DNA of 64,000 bases, taken from positions 130,324,001 through 130,388,000 of the forward strand of contig NC_083224.1 in the NCBI RefSeq assembly GCF_032191835.1, in the 5' to 3' direction. The first letter of the stretch is position 1, and every line of letters starts with the position of its first letter. This DNA is from Heteronotia binoei (Eukaryota). Below, piece by piece: positions 25,392-38,699 of this stretch. The notes under the pieces are model-generated. The model made no database searches. It was not told where the DNA came from and saw only the letters and a program-made list of their open reading frames with translations. Both the position numbers and the translations under genes were made by a program.

Positions 25392-25766
25392 AGGAAAAGA
25401 GAGGGAAGGAGTGAAAGAAAGGAGAGACAAAAGGAAGAAAGAGAAAAGGAAGGAAAAGAAAAATTGAAAGAAACGGGATGGGAGCAACTCACCTTTAAAA
25501 CTACTTACTCTTGCCGTGCAGCTGACTCTCCCGCCGCTGCCTCCCTCCGTTCCCCACCACAGATCAATTTCAGGCTGTAAAGCCTCCCCCCATTGGTGGG
25601 AGATTGGGCTGTAAAGCCTCCCCCAGCATAGTACCTCCCCCCGCGCGGCATCATGCCCCTCCACGGCTCCTTCTCCTTCCCTTCCCCACCTCAGGCAGGT
25701 CAGTTTCATGCTGCGTAACCCCCCCCCCCCACCAATTGCTTGGAAATTGGCGCTGAGCCCACTCTA

Positions 25767-25926
25767 CGCTGGGCCAAGCTGGCAGCTCGAACAGACCATT
25801 TCTGAAAAGGGCATATGGCTCCTTCCTTGCCAGCACTTCCTTCCCATCCAGGAAGTGCCGGTGGGGGAGAAGCCACACGCCCTTTTCAAATGTGGTCTGT
25901 TCGAGCTGCCGGCTTGGCCCAGCGTG
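25767..25926. repeat. GC-rich inverted repeat (about 160-bp hairpin)
   Basis: ACGCTGGGCCAAGCTGGCAGCTCGAACAGACCAT...GAAAAGGGC pairs with GCCCTTTTC...TGGTCTGTTCGAGCTGCCGGCTTGGCCCAGCGT; inner GCACTTCCT/AGGAAGTGC arm. Confidence 0.85.
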
Positions 25927-27426
25927 GAGTGAGCTTTATGCATCATGAACTGACCTGCTGAGGTGAGGAAGGGAGGGAGACGGAGGTGCGGAGGGGAACT
26001 ACACCGCACAAGGTGGAGGCACGATGCCAGGGGACGGGGGACCCCATGGCCTAGCGTTGAGGCCTCTGTGGCCCGGTGCCGTGTCACGACCCTGCTTTTG
26101 GGAAATGCCACCTTAAGGGATTTTGGAGTGAGACAGGGGACATGCCCAGCTGAAGGGGGGGGGGGCTATCAGGGCACCTTTCCTCTCAAGTGGAAGGGAA
26201 ACCATGCAGTGGCTTGTGTCCACGTGGAATCCACATAAAGTCATCCCATGGTATCCCTCAGCAGGTGGGATGGGGGTGGTTTCTTCATCAGTTGGCAGGT
26301 GGGTTAGCAGATACCCAGACCCATTGCCCATATTCTTTGCCAAGGCTGTCAGGTGTGGCCATTTTACTCCATGTATGCATGTATGATGGTTTGCCTTGCT
26401 ATCTCCAGATCCTTTGGTGCTGTGTCTTCAATTTATTTTTCTATCATTATGAGACACCATATGGGTTTTCTATTTCAGGCACCATAATGAGTTAGTGTCC
26501 CCATTTCAGATGTTTACTACTTGTTACTCATTTGTATCCAATGGAAATTTCCACAGATGGAAGGGTTTTCTGCCCATGAAGCATCATGTTCTCCCCTCCC
26601 ACTGCAGTTGTAATGTTGCTCCTGGGGGGCAAGGAATCCTCAGGAATAGAATGAGGGGGGAGTTGAAGGTCTGCTACATGGAGGAGAAACCAGTTAAAAT
26701 CCCCTCTCCTCCTTATCCATCCAAATTCTACTTTGGATCCAACCAGCACATTGGTTGTTGAGTGGCTGATAGTACTAAAGAATAAAGGCTATATAACTGA
26801 TGATTCTAAGGATGAAAGATCTCATCCCCGCCACCCCCCACGCTATAGTGAGATTCCTTTTGAAAACTGCTTGGAAACTTAATTGGTTTCAAAATGCAGC
26901 AGCATGAGTACTAATTAATGTTCCATTTTAAACAAAATATTGCAGGAGTTTTAAGCATTTTTGTATTTTAAGTTTAAAATAATATCTTTAATTGTATTTG
27001 CCTGTGTCCTTTGTAAAATTGGTATCTCCGCTACCTGGCATTACATTTTATGACACACATGACCCAGCCCCACAAAATCCCATTTATGTCAGATCCAGCC
27101 CTCATAACAAATCAATTCAATACCCCTGCTTTAAAGCTCTAAATATCTTGTGCCCAGGGTATTATCTCAGAGTTTAGGCTTAGGCACATACATATAAGCA
27201 AATGTAACTATTATTACCATCATGCAGCAACTGACTTTACTTGAAATAAGATTGACAAAAACTCTTCCTTTTGTATGCTGCTCCAAACTCTGGCAATCCT
27301 TCAAGTGTGATTTCTACAGGCCTCTGAACTAAGTTGGAGACATTTCTGTTCTTGAAGGCCTTTGGCTTGCCTAAGGTTTTTAATAAATAACCATTTTACA
27401 TTGTTGTAGTTTTATTTGTTAACTAT

Positions 27427-28258
27427 TAGGGTTGTCAATCTGCCGTTGGGGGCAGGGGATCCCTTGGTTTGGATGCCTTCTCCCACTTCAGAGTGATCAG
27501 AAAGCAGGGGACGGAGAAAATATCTGCTGGGTAGTCAGGGCCGGCTCGCCTGCTAGGCAAACTAGGCGGTTGCCTAGGGTGCCAGCAGGGCAGGGTGCCA
27601 AATTCGGTCTCCCCTCTAGGCAAATGCCTGGTTTGCCCACTCCTCAGCCTCCTCCTCCCTTCCTTCCCCACCCCATGTCTACTTCAATACTAGAACAGGC
27701 TCTAGCACCGTGTTCCTGGCTATCTAAATGTGCCCCCCTGCTGATCAGTTGATCAGCGGGTAAAACTGTACCGCATGACCCCACTCACTGTCTGTCAGGA
27801 CCAGTATCCTAAAAAGGCAGCCTCTCTGCTGCTGACTCCTCTCTATTTCCTTCCCATCCAGGAAGGCGGCAAGTCTGCCTAGGGTGCCATGCGGGGCTGG
27901 GTCAGTACTGTGGGTAGTCCATTATAACCTATGGAAACATTTGATCCATGGGTATCCGGGTTCTGGGGGGCCCTGTTTTTGAGGTAGAGGCACCACATTT
28001 TCAGCATAGCATCCAGTGGTCAGAACCCCTCCCTCTTTCAAAAAGATTGGACCAGGGGTCCAATTCTATGAGCTCTCAAAGAAGGTTCACCCATCTTCCA
28101 TTATTTCCAATGGAAGGAAGGCATTTAAAAGGAATGTGGTCCATTTAAATGTGATGGCCAGAACTCCCTTCAGAGTTCAATCGTGCTTGTTGCAACTTCG
28201 CTCCTGGCTCCACCCCAAAGTCCCCAGATACTTCCTGAGTTGGACTTGGCAACTCTAT
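27427..28258. mobile_element. TAGGGTTG...CAACTCTA element with a nested CAGGGCCGGC-type (hAT-Tip100-like) insert at about 27536-27910
   Basis: Termini TAGGGTTGTCA and TGGCAACTCTA are inverted. The internal part (27950-28120) resembles about 12020-12330 in the opposite orientation. Confidence 0.6.
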
Positions 28259-29930
28259 AACTACTGTACATCTTGTCATCTAATGTTATTATAATGAGGT
28301 TTTTAAAACTCAAAAAGTAGCATTTGAAAATATTAAAATAAATTTTATGCTCCTATATTTAACAGTCTAGGAAAATTGTGAAGCTTATGCTCTGTGTGAT
28401 TGCTGGAGGCTACTGTGTTCCACTTTATAGAAACTTGGTTGAGACACTAATTGAGAAACGACGGAGCTCTTGAGGAAGACATCTTCGATAAAGCAAACAG
28501 AAAGTTTTGAAAGCATTTTAATTTGCTTTGGCATGGGATTTCCTTTTCTTTCATAGGCAGATTGACACTGCCATCAGCTGTTTGCTATTTGCATCCTATT
28601 GGTCAGCTAGCAAACAAGGAAGCACACCTAGACAAGAAAATGCCATATGGATGTATCAAATATGAAATAAACTCTCACTGACCTTACAAATGGTTTACCT
28701 AATTGTACCTATGGTTTAATTTGTGATATCCAAGGTGAAGAGTAGCTGAAAAAGAAGATGACATCAGCTCTACAAGCAGCTGCAACTGGGATAGCCCAAG
28801 AGGATAATTCATGTGCTGAAACAAGAGCAAATATCAATAAAGACAGCTTGTCTGGTTGTTCAGAAGCCTATGTCAATGGGACAGGTTCATCAGACAGCCT
28901 GTGTTGTGAAGTTCTGTTATCTGTCTTAATCATTTGTAAGGGGGAGGTGACACTTTGTTTCAAACAATGAGAAAAAAATGTGAAAATAGAGTAAGGTCTA
29001 CACAGAACAGAACAATTTGTCATATTTCACTCTTTTAGTACTCGTAAATGGCCAGTATTAGCCCCTGGCTGACCCCAATATTACCACACTGTATAGTCCA
29101 TAATTCAATTCATGCCATAACTATTCACTTAGGTAGAGTTAAGTGAGAATAAGTAATAATTACAAATGCAGGAGTTAAGTAATAATTTGCAAAAAATCAA
29201 ATCAAATTTGACCAGTTCAACTGGTGAAAACTTATAACAATTGGGGCTAGTTCCAAAAGTGATTTAGACAATGTGAATATACCTCTTGTTCTAAGGAACA
29301 TTGGGGTGAAAAGTCTTATGATGAATTATGGCAGCTGCACTTATTTCACTGGACCTCCTTCCAAGGTTAATGAACATATTATGTAGATTAAAGGGCAATA
29401 ACTGGGTGAGAACAGAGTGTACTAACACAGCTCACTTAGGAGGTAAAGAATGCCCAGTATAATCAGGTTCAGAGAACATCTTTGAGAAAAATACTATAGC
29501 AGTGCCAAATAACTTTGGGATATTTGACTACCATTTTGACCTACATGCGTTCCACTTCTTTTTATAAAGAAGTTCAGAACCTGAAGTTTTGAACAAATGG
29601 CTTGCTGTTATCTGGTTGAAATAAGAGCTACTTTAATTTAACAGCTCCTTCCTAAATTCTAGTGAGTAAACTATGGTCCATTCCATATCATGGCTTCTGG
29701 GTGCTATTTGCTTCATTTGGAGGAGATTCTCATCATGTCCCTACATTTGGAGAATGTGCATCTTCCCTTTCTGAAAAACTCAGATGGAATAGTGAGACAA
29801 AGAGACATTCAAGTTTTGGCTTTTGAGACATATCTTAACATCCAAAGCAGCTCCCAGACACACAAATGAAGTAAATGAGCTCTATTAAACCTGATGCCAA
29901 TGAGCCAAGTCAATGAGCTCTATTAAACCT

Positions 29931-31968
29931 AAGGCCTATGAGATGGCAATCAAATCCGCAAAGAAAGCGTACTTTGCGGCCAAGATTGCGTCTGCAACTT
30001 CACACCCGGCACAATTGTTTGATATAATTCGAGGATTTACAACGCTGCCGCAAGGCAGACCAAATTCTATTGAATTGGAAATAGGCTGTGAGGCTTTTGC
30101 GAAATTTTTTGCGGATAAAATCGCGTCACTCCGCCTCGACCTCCCTGCCAGCTTTGAGACAGTTAGCGAAACCGAGGCCCCGAGCCTGTCTTCAGATTTA
30201 ATTGTGGATGGCTTTAGCCCCCTCAGCCTGGAGGAAGTTGACAGGATTCTCTTATATGCTCGCCCAACAACTTGTAAATTGGACCCATGCCCCTCCTGGC
30301 TTATTAAATCTTTACAGAGGGACCTCAGATATTTTGTACGGGATATCATAAATAGATCCCTGACGGAAGGGCACTTTCCAACACCCCTCAAAGAGGCAGT
30401 GGTCCGTCCCCTTCTAAAAAAAATATCTTTAGACCCGGCCCAATTGGCACACTACCGGCCGGTTTCAAATTTGCCCTTTTTGGGCAAACTTATTGAGAGG
30501 GCAGTGGCGACGCAGTTACAGACTTTCCTGGAGGACGCTTCCGTCCTTGACCCATTTCAGTCCGGCTTTCGCCCGGGCCATGGGACAGAGATGGGGTTGG
30601 TTGCCCTGGTAGATGACCTTCAACGGCATCTGGATCGGGGTGGCTCAGCAGTGCTGATGCTGTTAGACCTATCGGCTGCGTTCAATACAGTCGACCATCG
30701 GTTACTGACTTGCCGCCTTGCCGACGCGGGGATTCAGGGGTTGGCCTTACAGTGGCTTTCCTCTTTCCTGGAAGGTCGGGGACAAAGGGTCGCGATTGGG
30801 GGGGAGCTATCCCGGAGGCGCACACTTGATTGTGGTGTGCCCCAAGGGGCGGTTCTCTCCCCGATTTTATTCAACATCTTGCCCTAAGGTATGGGCTGGG
30901 ATGTCACCAGTATGCTGATGACACCCAGCTCTATCTGCTTATGGATGACCGACCGGTCTGCACCCCAGAAAATCTGGATCGGGCATTACACGCCATGGCT
31001 GAGTGGCTCAGACTGAGTGGACTGAGGCTAAATCCTGCGAAGACAGAGGTCCTTTGCTTGGGTCATCAGGGACCGGGGGGGGGGGAAATCCCCCTGCCAG
31101 TTTTTGACGGTGCGCCACTGATGGCGGCGGACAGGGTCAAGAGCCTGGGGGTACTATTGGAGCCTTCTCTAAAGATGGAGGCTCAGATAGCAGCCACTGC
31201 CAAGTCTGCGTTTTTTCATCTTAGGTGGGCAAGGCAGTTGGCTCCCTTCCTGGATCGCGACGACCTAGCAACAGTGATCCATGCTACGGTCACCTCGAGG
31301 TTTGACTACTGCAATGCCCTCTACATGGGGCTGCCCCTGTGTCGAACTCGGAAATTGCAGCTGGTGCAGAACGCCGCGGCCCGGCTGTTACTGGGCCTCC
31401 CAAGATGGGGGCACATACTGCCGCGTCTTCGGGCTCTGCACTGGCTTCCAGTAATGTACCGAGTTTGATACAAGGTGCTGGTCATTACCTTTAAAGCCCT
31501 ATATGGCCTGGGACCTGCCTACCTGAGGGACCGTCTCTTCCCACATGTTCTCCAGAGAATACTGAGATCGGGAACCCAAAACCCTCTCGTTATCCCCGGG
31601 CCAAAAGAAGCCTACCTAAAATCCACCAGGGATAGGGCCTTCTCTGTTATGGCCCCTACATGGTGGAATAAGCTGCCGGAGGAGGTGAGGGCCCTGCGAG
31701 ACCTTGTTCAGTTCCGCAGGGCCTGTAAGACAACTCTCTTCCAGCTAACCCACACCTAGCTGATGAGAAACTAAACGTAGCTTTACCAGACTCCTGTTAT
31801 ATATTTTGCTGTGATATTTAATGTTTTTAATGTTTTTAATGTTTTAAATATTTTAAATGCTTATATATTTAAATGTTAGTCTAATTTTATGTTTGACTCT
31901 TTGTTGTAAGCCGCCCTGAGCCACTTTGTGGGAAGGGCGGGATATAAATCCTAAATAAATAAATAAAT
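29931..31968 (+). mobile_element. L2 LINE, 5'-truncated, RT region with frameshift/deletion
   Basis: ORFs 29913-30887, 30830-31468 and 31475-31759 give YRPVSNLPFLGK, QSGFRPGHGTE, LDLSAAF, GVPQG, YADD and LHWLPV; (TAAA)n tail. Confidence 0.95.
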
Positions 31969-31977
31969 GCCTTACCA

Positions 31978-33505
31978 CAGGGGTCCTCAACCCCTGGGCC
32001 GGGCACCAGTACTACTACTACTACTACTAAATTTATTTTTATATCCTGCCCTCCCCCGCCAAGGCAGGCTCAGGGCGGCTCACAGGACATGGTATATACC
32101 ATGATTACAATAAAATACAATAATTACTATAAAAGACAGTTAAAATATAGTTAAGTTACATTCATAAATTAAGTTAAATAAAACAGTTAAAACCATTATA
32201 GATTATAGATTAAGGTGCTACAGTTAGATATATGTATAGGATGGCTAGATATCATTACCCGGGTTCCATCTTAAAAGCAAGTTGAAAGAGGACGGTTTTG
32301 CAAGCCCTGAGAAACTGATTTAGGGCTCGCACCTCCTCTGGTAGCTGATTCCACCATTGGGAAGCCATTGTTGAGAAGGCCTGCTCCCTCGTTGTTTTCA
32401 GTCTGGCCTCCCTTTGTCCAGGGATTTTAAAAAGATTTTGAGAACTAGATCTCAGTGCTCTCTGAGGAACATATGGAGAGAGGTGGTCCCTAAGGTAGGC
32501 AGGTCCTCGGCCATATAGGGCTTTAAAGGTAATAACCAGCACCTTGTAACGAACTCGGTACACAATTTGCAGCCAGTGCAGTTCCCGCAGCCTAGGCTGT
32601 ACATGTTCCCACCGAGGTAGTCTTACTAACAGCCTGGCCGCTGCATTCTGCACTAGCTGCAGTTTCCGCGTTCGGTATAAGAGCCGCCCCATGTAGAGGG
32701 CATTACAGTAGTCCAGCCTCGAGGTGACCGTTGCATGGATCACAGTTGCCAGGTCGCTACGTTCCAGGAAGGGGGCCAACTGCCTTGCCCTCCTAAGGTG
32801 GAAAAAGGCGGATTTAGCAGTGGCAGCTATCTGGGCCTCCATTGTCAAGGAAGGCTCCAGTAGCACTGGGCTGCGGTCTGCTTGCAATGGGCCGCGCAGC
32901 CTTGCCACACCCTCCCAGCTTCCCCCTGCAGTGCCTCCCCCCATTTTCACCATTTTAAGGTCAGGGAAGGGGCAGTGAAGCGCCTCCCAGGGTGACCTTC
33001 CCCCCCCCACCGCCGATCAGCTGATCGGCCAGGAAAACTGCTGCAGCAATGGCGAGAGACTCCTTCCCAGGGAAGGGGTCAGCCTAGGAGGAGCTTCATG
33101 GCCCCTCCCCTGACCTTAAAATGGTGAAAGGGGGGGAGGAGGTGGCAAGGCTGCATGGGGGGGGTGAAGGAGGGAGGAAGAAATGGGGGAAGGAAAACAG
33201 GGGGAGGAGGATAGATCCAAGTGGGCAGCTGTGTTGGTCTAAAGCAGTAGAACGAAGTAGGAGTCAAGTTGCACCTTTAAGAGGTGGCAAGGCTGTGCAG
33301 GGGGGGGGAAGGAGGGAGGACAAAACAAGGGGGGAGGTGGCAAGGCTGCACGGGGGAGAAAAGGAGGGAGGAGGAAAATGGGGGTAGGAGGAGGTGCTAC
33401 AGGGGGAGGGCAAATTGGGTGCCCCCACTCTGCCAGCCCTGGAACCGTGGTCGGTGGACCAGCCCTTGGGCTGGGCCCTGAGGTCAAAAAGGTTGAGGAT
33501 CACTG
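31978..33505. mobile_element. hAT (Charlie-like) non-autonomous element split by an L2 insertion
   Basis: TIRs CAGGGGTCCTCAACC / GGTTGAGGATCACTG; 8-bp TSD CCTTACCA / CCTTACAA (one mismatch). Confidence 0.8.
32010..32874 (-). mobile_element. L2 LINE 3' fragment inside the hAT element
   Basis: VLLEPSLTMEAQ...TSRLDYCNALY...LHWL...YRVRYKVL (ORF 32255-33010; its N-terminal part is MITE-derived); (ACT)n tail. Confidence 0.92.
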
Positions 33506-34201
33506 CCTTACAAGGTCCAAATCTCAGTGCATATATCATATGTTTTGCATGCAGAAGGATATAGATTGAGTTTCTGTGATTTGTGCTTTTAAAAAGGATA
33601 CCAGGGTATCAGTGCCGAGAAAGATGTCCGCCTGAAATTTTGGATCAACTACTTGTTGGAGCAGACATTTCTGGACTAGATGGACCAATGGTTTCTGACT
33701 CTGTTTAAGGAGGTGTAATGTGTTCATATGACCAGCAGTATGCAACAACAAACTGGTGGCAACTTCATGTAGAACTGCATGTTTGTGAAGTTAACAGCAT
33801 ATTTTGGGATATAAAATGGTTTGAAGCCAATGTGATACAAAGATGCAGAGGATGCACCTCTTCTTCCCAATGGTAATTCACTCCAGATAGCCAGAGGTGA
33901 ACATAGTCAATATTCAAACTTGGTTGGTACATAGTCACTCCACCTACATGAACAAATGAAGGCATGTTCTTTGCTGTATTAATTAATTCCTTTTACAAAT
34001 TCTGTTTTCTGGGATCAACAGGGCAATTTAAAGGAGGACTGTATTTGTATGTTGACACTTAAGTGAGAATGCTATCATCTGGAAACTTAAAATTCTTTTT
34101 GACAGCAGGGTCAGCTCGTGGGAGTAGGCTGGGTAGGTGGCCCTGGGTAGTCAGGTGGAGCACATTCAGACAGGGCTGCGGGAGTTGCACTGGCTGCCAG
34201 T

Positions 34202-34483
34202 AGAAGAAGAAGAAGAAGATATTGGATTTATATCCCGCCCTCCACTCTGAAGAGTCTCAGAGCAGCTCACAATCTCCTTTACCTTCCTCCCCCACAACAG
34301 ACACCCTGTGAGGTGGGTGGGGCTGGAGAGGGCTCTCACAGCAGCTGCCCTTTCAAGGACAACCTCTGCCAGAGCTATGGCTGACCCAAGACCATGCTAG
34401 CAGGTGCAAGTGGAGGAGTGGGGAATCAAACCCGGTTCTCCCAGATAACAGTCCGCACACTTAACCACTACACCAAACCGGCT
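34202..34483 (-). mobile_element. Young CORE SINE (Squam3-like), full length
   Basis: Near-identical to 41913-42186 and 54218-54503; (GAA)n tail. Confidence 0.9.
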
Positions 34484-34857
34484 ATCCTTGGTAGATTTAT
34501 ATCAGTAGATCTATACCAGTATACCGGTAGATCTATACCAGTATACCAGATTCGCTACAAGGTGCTGGTTATTACCTTTAAAGCTCTATAAGGCCGAGGA
34601 CCTGTTTACCTTAGGAACCATCTCTCCCCACACATTCCCCAGAGGGTACTTAAATCTTGAATGCAAAATCTATTAGTGATCCTCGGGCTGAGGGAGGCAA
34701 GATTGAAATCCACCAGAGAGAGGGTCTTTTTGATTGCTGCCCCCTATTGGTGGAACCAGTTGCTGGGGGGAGTTAGGGCTTTGTGGGACCTCACCCAGTT
34801 CTGCAAGGTCTGCAAGACAAAATTATTCTGGCTAGCCATTAATTGATTCTGGAGTAC

Positions 34858-37800
34858 ACAGTACAATGCAGACCAACAACACCCCCAGAAAAATTGTAAA
34901 AATCTAGAGGGACCTAAAAAGGTAAAACATATGATATTAAAAATACAGATAAAAAATTAAAAGATTATACAGCTCCAGTAAAATATTAACTAAAAAACAC
35001 TGATTAACATTTGTTTCAGTTTCAATAGCATTTATGTTAGTATACAGAGTACTCAGGGGTTAAGGTAAAGTAAAATATAAGCTTGGGAATATTCAAAAAT
35101 AATTAAAAAACAGACAGTTTCAAGACCCCTTTGTTACATAATCCTCATGAATTCTCCTAGCTGCCGCCAAGAATTTGGCACAATTAGATGTAAATTGGGG
35201 GTTAGAATCTGATAACAGCATATTTCTGATTTTATAATCAGAGAACCCCAGGCATCCCTCAAACAAAGAATAGATGTACCTGGCGCGTATGCCTAGGTAA
35301 AGGCCACACCCAAGCAACACATGGTCAATCGTTTCCACTTTATCTGCACCACAAGGGCAGACCCACTCAGCCATAGGCACCTTTTTAAAGCGGCCCTCAA
35401 TGACTGCTGAAGGAAAGATATTGCAACGGGCCATGGAAAAGGCCCTTCTGTGGGATGGTAGTGTTAGATTTGAGAGATAGGAGGCTGGAGCTAGCACATA
35501 TCTCCTTTGGTGGGGGGAGCTAAATAATCTGAGACCTTGGCAATATCATTCTGTCTCTCAATGTCTTGTAATCTCTGTTTGACTATGTCCCTGGCTTGGT
35601 CCAGGGCCATTATCTGGAGAGATTCAGGTGAAAAGCCAACCATAGACAAATTCTGATGAATGGCTCTAACCCAAGAGGAACAATATCTATCCTTTAAAAT
35701 TAGTGATGTGATATTTGTGGGGCAATGGCTGAGATTGAGCCAAGTGGTGATTGAAAGTAGGCTCACCCTAGCCTCTGTCCTTAGCAAGCCAGTTTCCAAG
35801 CATAGTACTGCATTGGAAACACAGGTTGGAAAATGGAAAATGGCTCTCAAGAATTTGGACTGAATTTTCTCAAGAGGGTCGAAGCTTGATAAGGTTGGAC
35901 CCAACATGGTTCCATAAATGAGTTGAGGTATTGTTTTGGCCAAGTACAGTTTTAATGCAACAGGTATAAAATGCCCCCCTTTAGTAAGAAAAAACCTACT
36001 GATGACCTGGGTCGATTTACAACCAGAGTTGGCAGCATATTCATGATGAGCCTTCTTTGACCATGAGGACTGAATCATAACCCCCAGATATTTGTAAATT
36101 ACTACCTGTTGTAAACTATGGCCATTTATACTCCATCTCCTTAGCCTGGGTTTTGGGCTGAAAGCCATTACTTTTGTTTTCTGATAATTAATCTCTAGAA
36201 GGTTATGGTCACAATAATGACCGAATTGTACTAATGCCCTTCTAAGTCCTACTGGAGTTCTAGATAGCAAGACTGTATCATCTGCATAGAGTAGGGCTAC
36301 CATTTGCCTATTGGCCAAGGAGGGGGGATGAGTATCGACTAGATGGAGGTTGCTGATCATATCATTAATGAAGATGGCAAAAAGGGAAGGGGCCAGGACG
36401 CAGCCTTGCTTGACTCCTTTCTGTGATGGGATAGGGTCAGTAAGGAGACCTTGCTTATTACATCTGACCCTGATAGACATGTTGGTATATAATGCCTGGA
36501 TCAGGAATAAAAGTCTTCTGTCAATTGAGGTGGCATTTAACTTCTCCCATAATTTCCCTCTGGTAATGGAGTCAAAAGCAGATTTTAGGTCGATAAAGGC
36601 TGCATAAAGAGAGACCGTTCTACTGGTTGCATATTTGTCAATCAAATGGGATAAGATCAAAATATGTCCCAACATGGATCATCCTTCCCTAAACCCAGCC
36701 TGCTCATCTACCAAATACATTTCCTGAATCAGCCAGCACTGCAATTTCTCTAAGAGACGATTAGCGTATAATTTGCCCAAAATACTCAGGAGGCTAATTG
36801 GCCTATAATTGGCTGGATCATCCTTCTGCCCGGACTTGAAAAAAGGGATGATGATAGCCTCTCTCCAGGCCTCAGGAATATCCCCTGTTGAATCAATATA
36901 TGTGAACAATGGGGCCAAGAGGGAGGCCCACCAGTCAATATTATCTTTCAATAGATCTGGGGGTATGAAATTCCTGGCCTGGAGCTTTGCCTCTCTTGAG
37001 TTTGCTGATCAGAGATCTGACTTCTCCAACCGTCACCAGAGGCCAAGGTGGCAGGTCTGAAAGGGCCTCATGAATCAGGGGAACTGCAGAATGGTGGGGA
37101 TCAGAATACAGCTCTTAAAAATGATTCCCAATTCTTGGGGGTGACAAAAGAGTCAATGGGGGAGATATCTTTGTAGGAGTGACTCGAGATCAGTTTCCAA
37201 AACCCTGTTGAGATCTTCTCCTTGGATGACTGTATAATGCTATTTCACAGCACTTTCATGGCTTCACGCTTCTTTGTGGCAATCAGTTCTTTATAAAACT
37301 TCTTAGAACATGAGAGATGGTGTTGTGTACACAGAGTATCAAGGCCCACAGAATTCTTATATGCATGATACGCTATTTTTAGATCTCTTCTTGCTTGCTT
37401 GCATTCTTTATCAAACCAGGGCTTGGAGACGTTTTTGAATCTACAATGCTGAACAGAAGCATCTTGGACCAATAATGGTTTTATGAGTTGGAGGAGATGA
37501 TCGAAGGGGATCAAAGGGTTCAAGCCACGGGGAGTATCCAAAATTAGTTTTCTTTTGGAGCAAGCATCCTCCTTCTCCAAGACTCCCCTCACCATTTGTG
37601 CCAACTTGTCAGACCACTTGGCACAACATCTCATTTGTTGAGCTGGAACCAGATGTTGGCCCATCGTAATACTGTGAAAAGTCGCAGGAGCTAAAGGAGC
37701 TAGAGTAAGTAATAATGGGAGGTGATCACTTTCTAATTCGGGTAGAATTTGTAGATGAAGAACCTTCGAAAGTAATCTTGGGCTGGCAAGGAAATAATCA

Positions 37801-38699
37801 ATGGTGCTGCATCTAGTACTGGCTAGAAAAGTGATTTCCCCAGGATAATCACCTACTGTGGAGCCATTCAGTTTGGAGAGGTCAAACCTTCTAGCCATCC
37901 TTGCTAAGCAAGCCCCTGCAAAGTTTACCCTTGGGTCTTTTGAAAGACGTAGAAGGAGAGTGGAATGGCGACTTGCCTCATTGATGAAGGTAGGAAATCC
38001 ATACTTTCCAATAAGGATCTCATCATGAGGGCCTAGTCAAGCGTTAAAGTCCCCTCCCATTAGAATCATATCAGCTGGGGTATCATTCAGAAGATCCTCT
38101 AAATGGGATTCAAAATCATTCCAGATTGCTAGAGTGTCTGATTGTCTTTGATGAGGAAGTAGGTAGACATTGATTAGTAAAATAGTCTTTGTATTAAAAT
38201 GAAGGAGAACTGCCAATGTCCATGGGTTTACATTATTTAGTTGTACGCATTTACCCTTAATTGTTGAGGAAATTAGAATTTCCAATCCCCCTTTGAGCCT
38301 TCCAGCGCCTTCATCAGGGATAGCCTTATTAGTGAAACCATAGTAGCCATCCAATAGAAGCTCCCCATCTGTCCAGGTCTCTTGGAGAAGTAAAATATCA
38401 TATGTCTTAAAAAGTGGGGAGTGATCTAGGCTTCTTAGGCGGGCCCAGCCTGCTATGTTCCAGGAGATTACTTTAAGATGGTTTGGCTTCCCTGTTTTAC
38501 GCTGGATTGGCCATCATACTTTTGAAGCTTCTGCCAGGGAAACAGGGTCAGTTATTCCTTCAACACCAGTAGGTTCATCTAAGATCATGTACAAAATTGG
38601 ATTGTCTGGAGGGATAATCAGATTGGTATTATTGCCCCTTTTCTTAATTGTTATAATTGGTTCCAATGGAATGCTACTCAATGGCTCTGGCACTAGAGT
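34858..38699 (-). mobile_element. RTEX-like non-LTR retrotransposon (APE-RT-CCHC), 3.84 kb, frameshifted
   Basis: APE (WNIAGW, LLQETW, GGDFNA, IDY, SDH); RT (YRPISLL, FIDLKSAFD, GVKQGCVLAP, YADD); C-terminal CPCG..VET..HVLL.C; 11-bp TSD TTCTGGAGTAC at 34847-34857 and 38700-38710. Clade assignment is by motif memory only. Confidence 0.85.

Noticed and set aside
24938-25709. Long ORFs across 25.0-25.7 kb (and 43896-44304)
   Set aside because: Artefacts of translating N runs.
26082-26845. TGTCACG-starting LTR-like region as a third member of the RSLSPEF LTR family
   Set aside because: No CA end with TSD and no RSLSPEF-like frame found.
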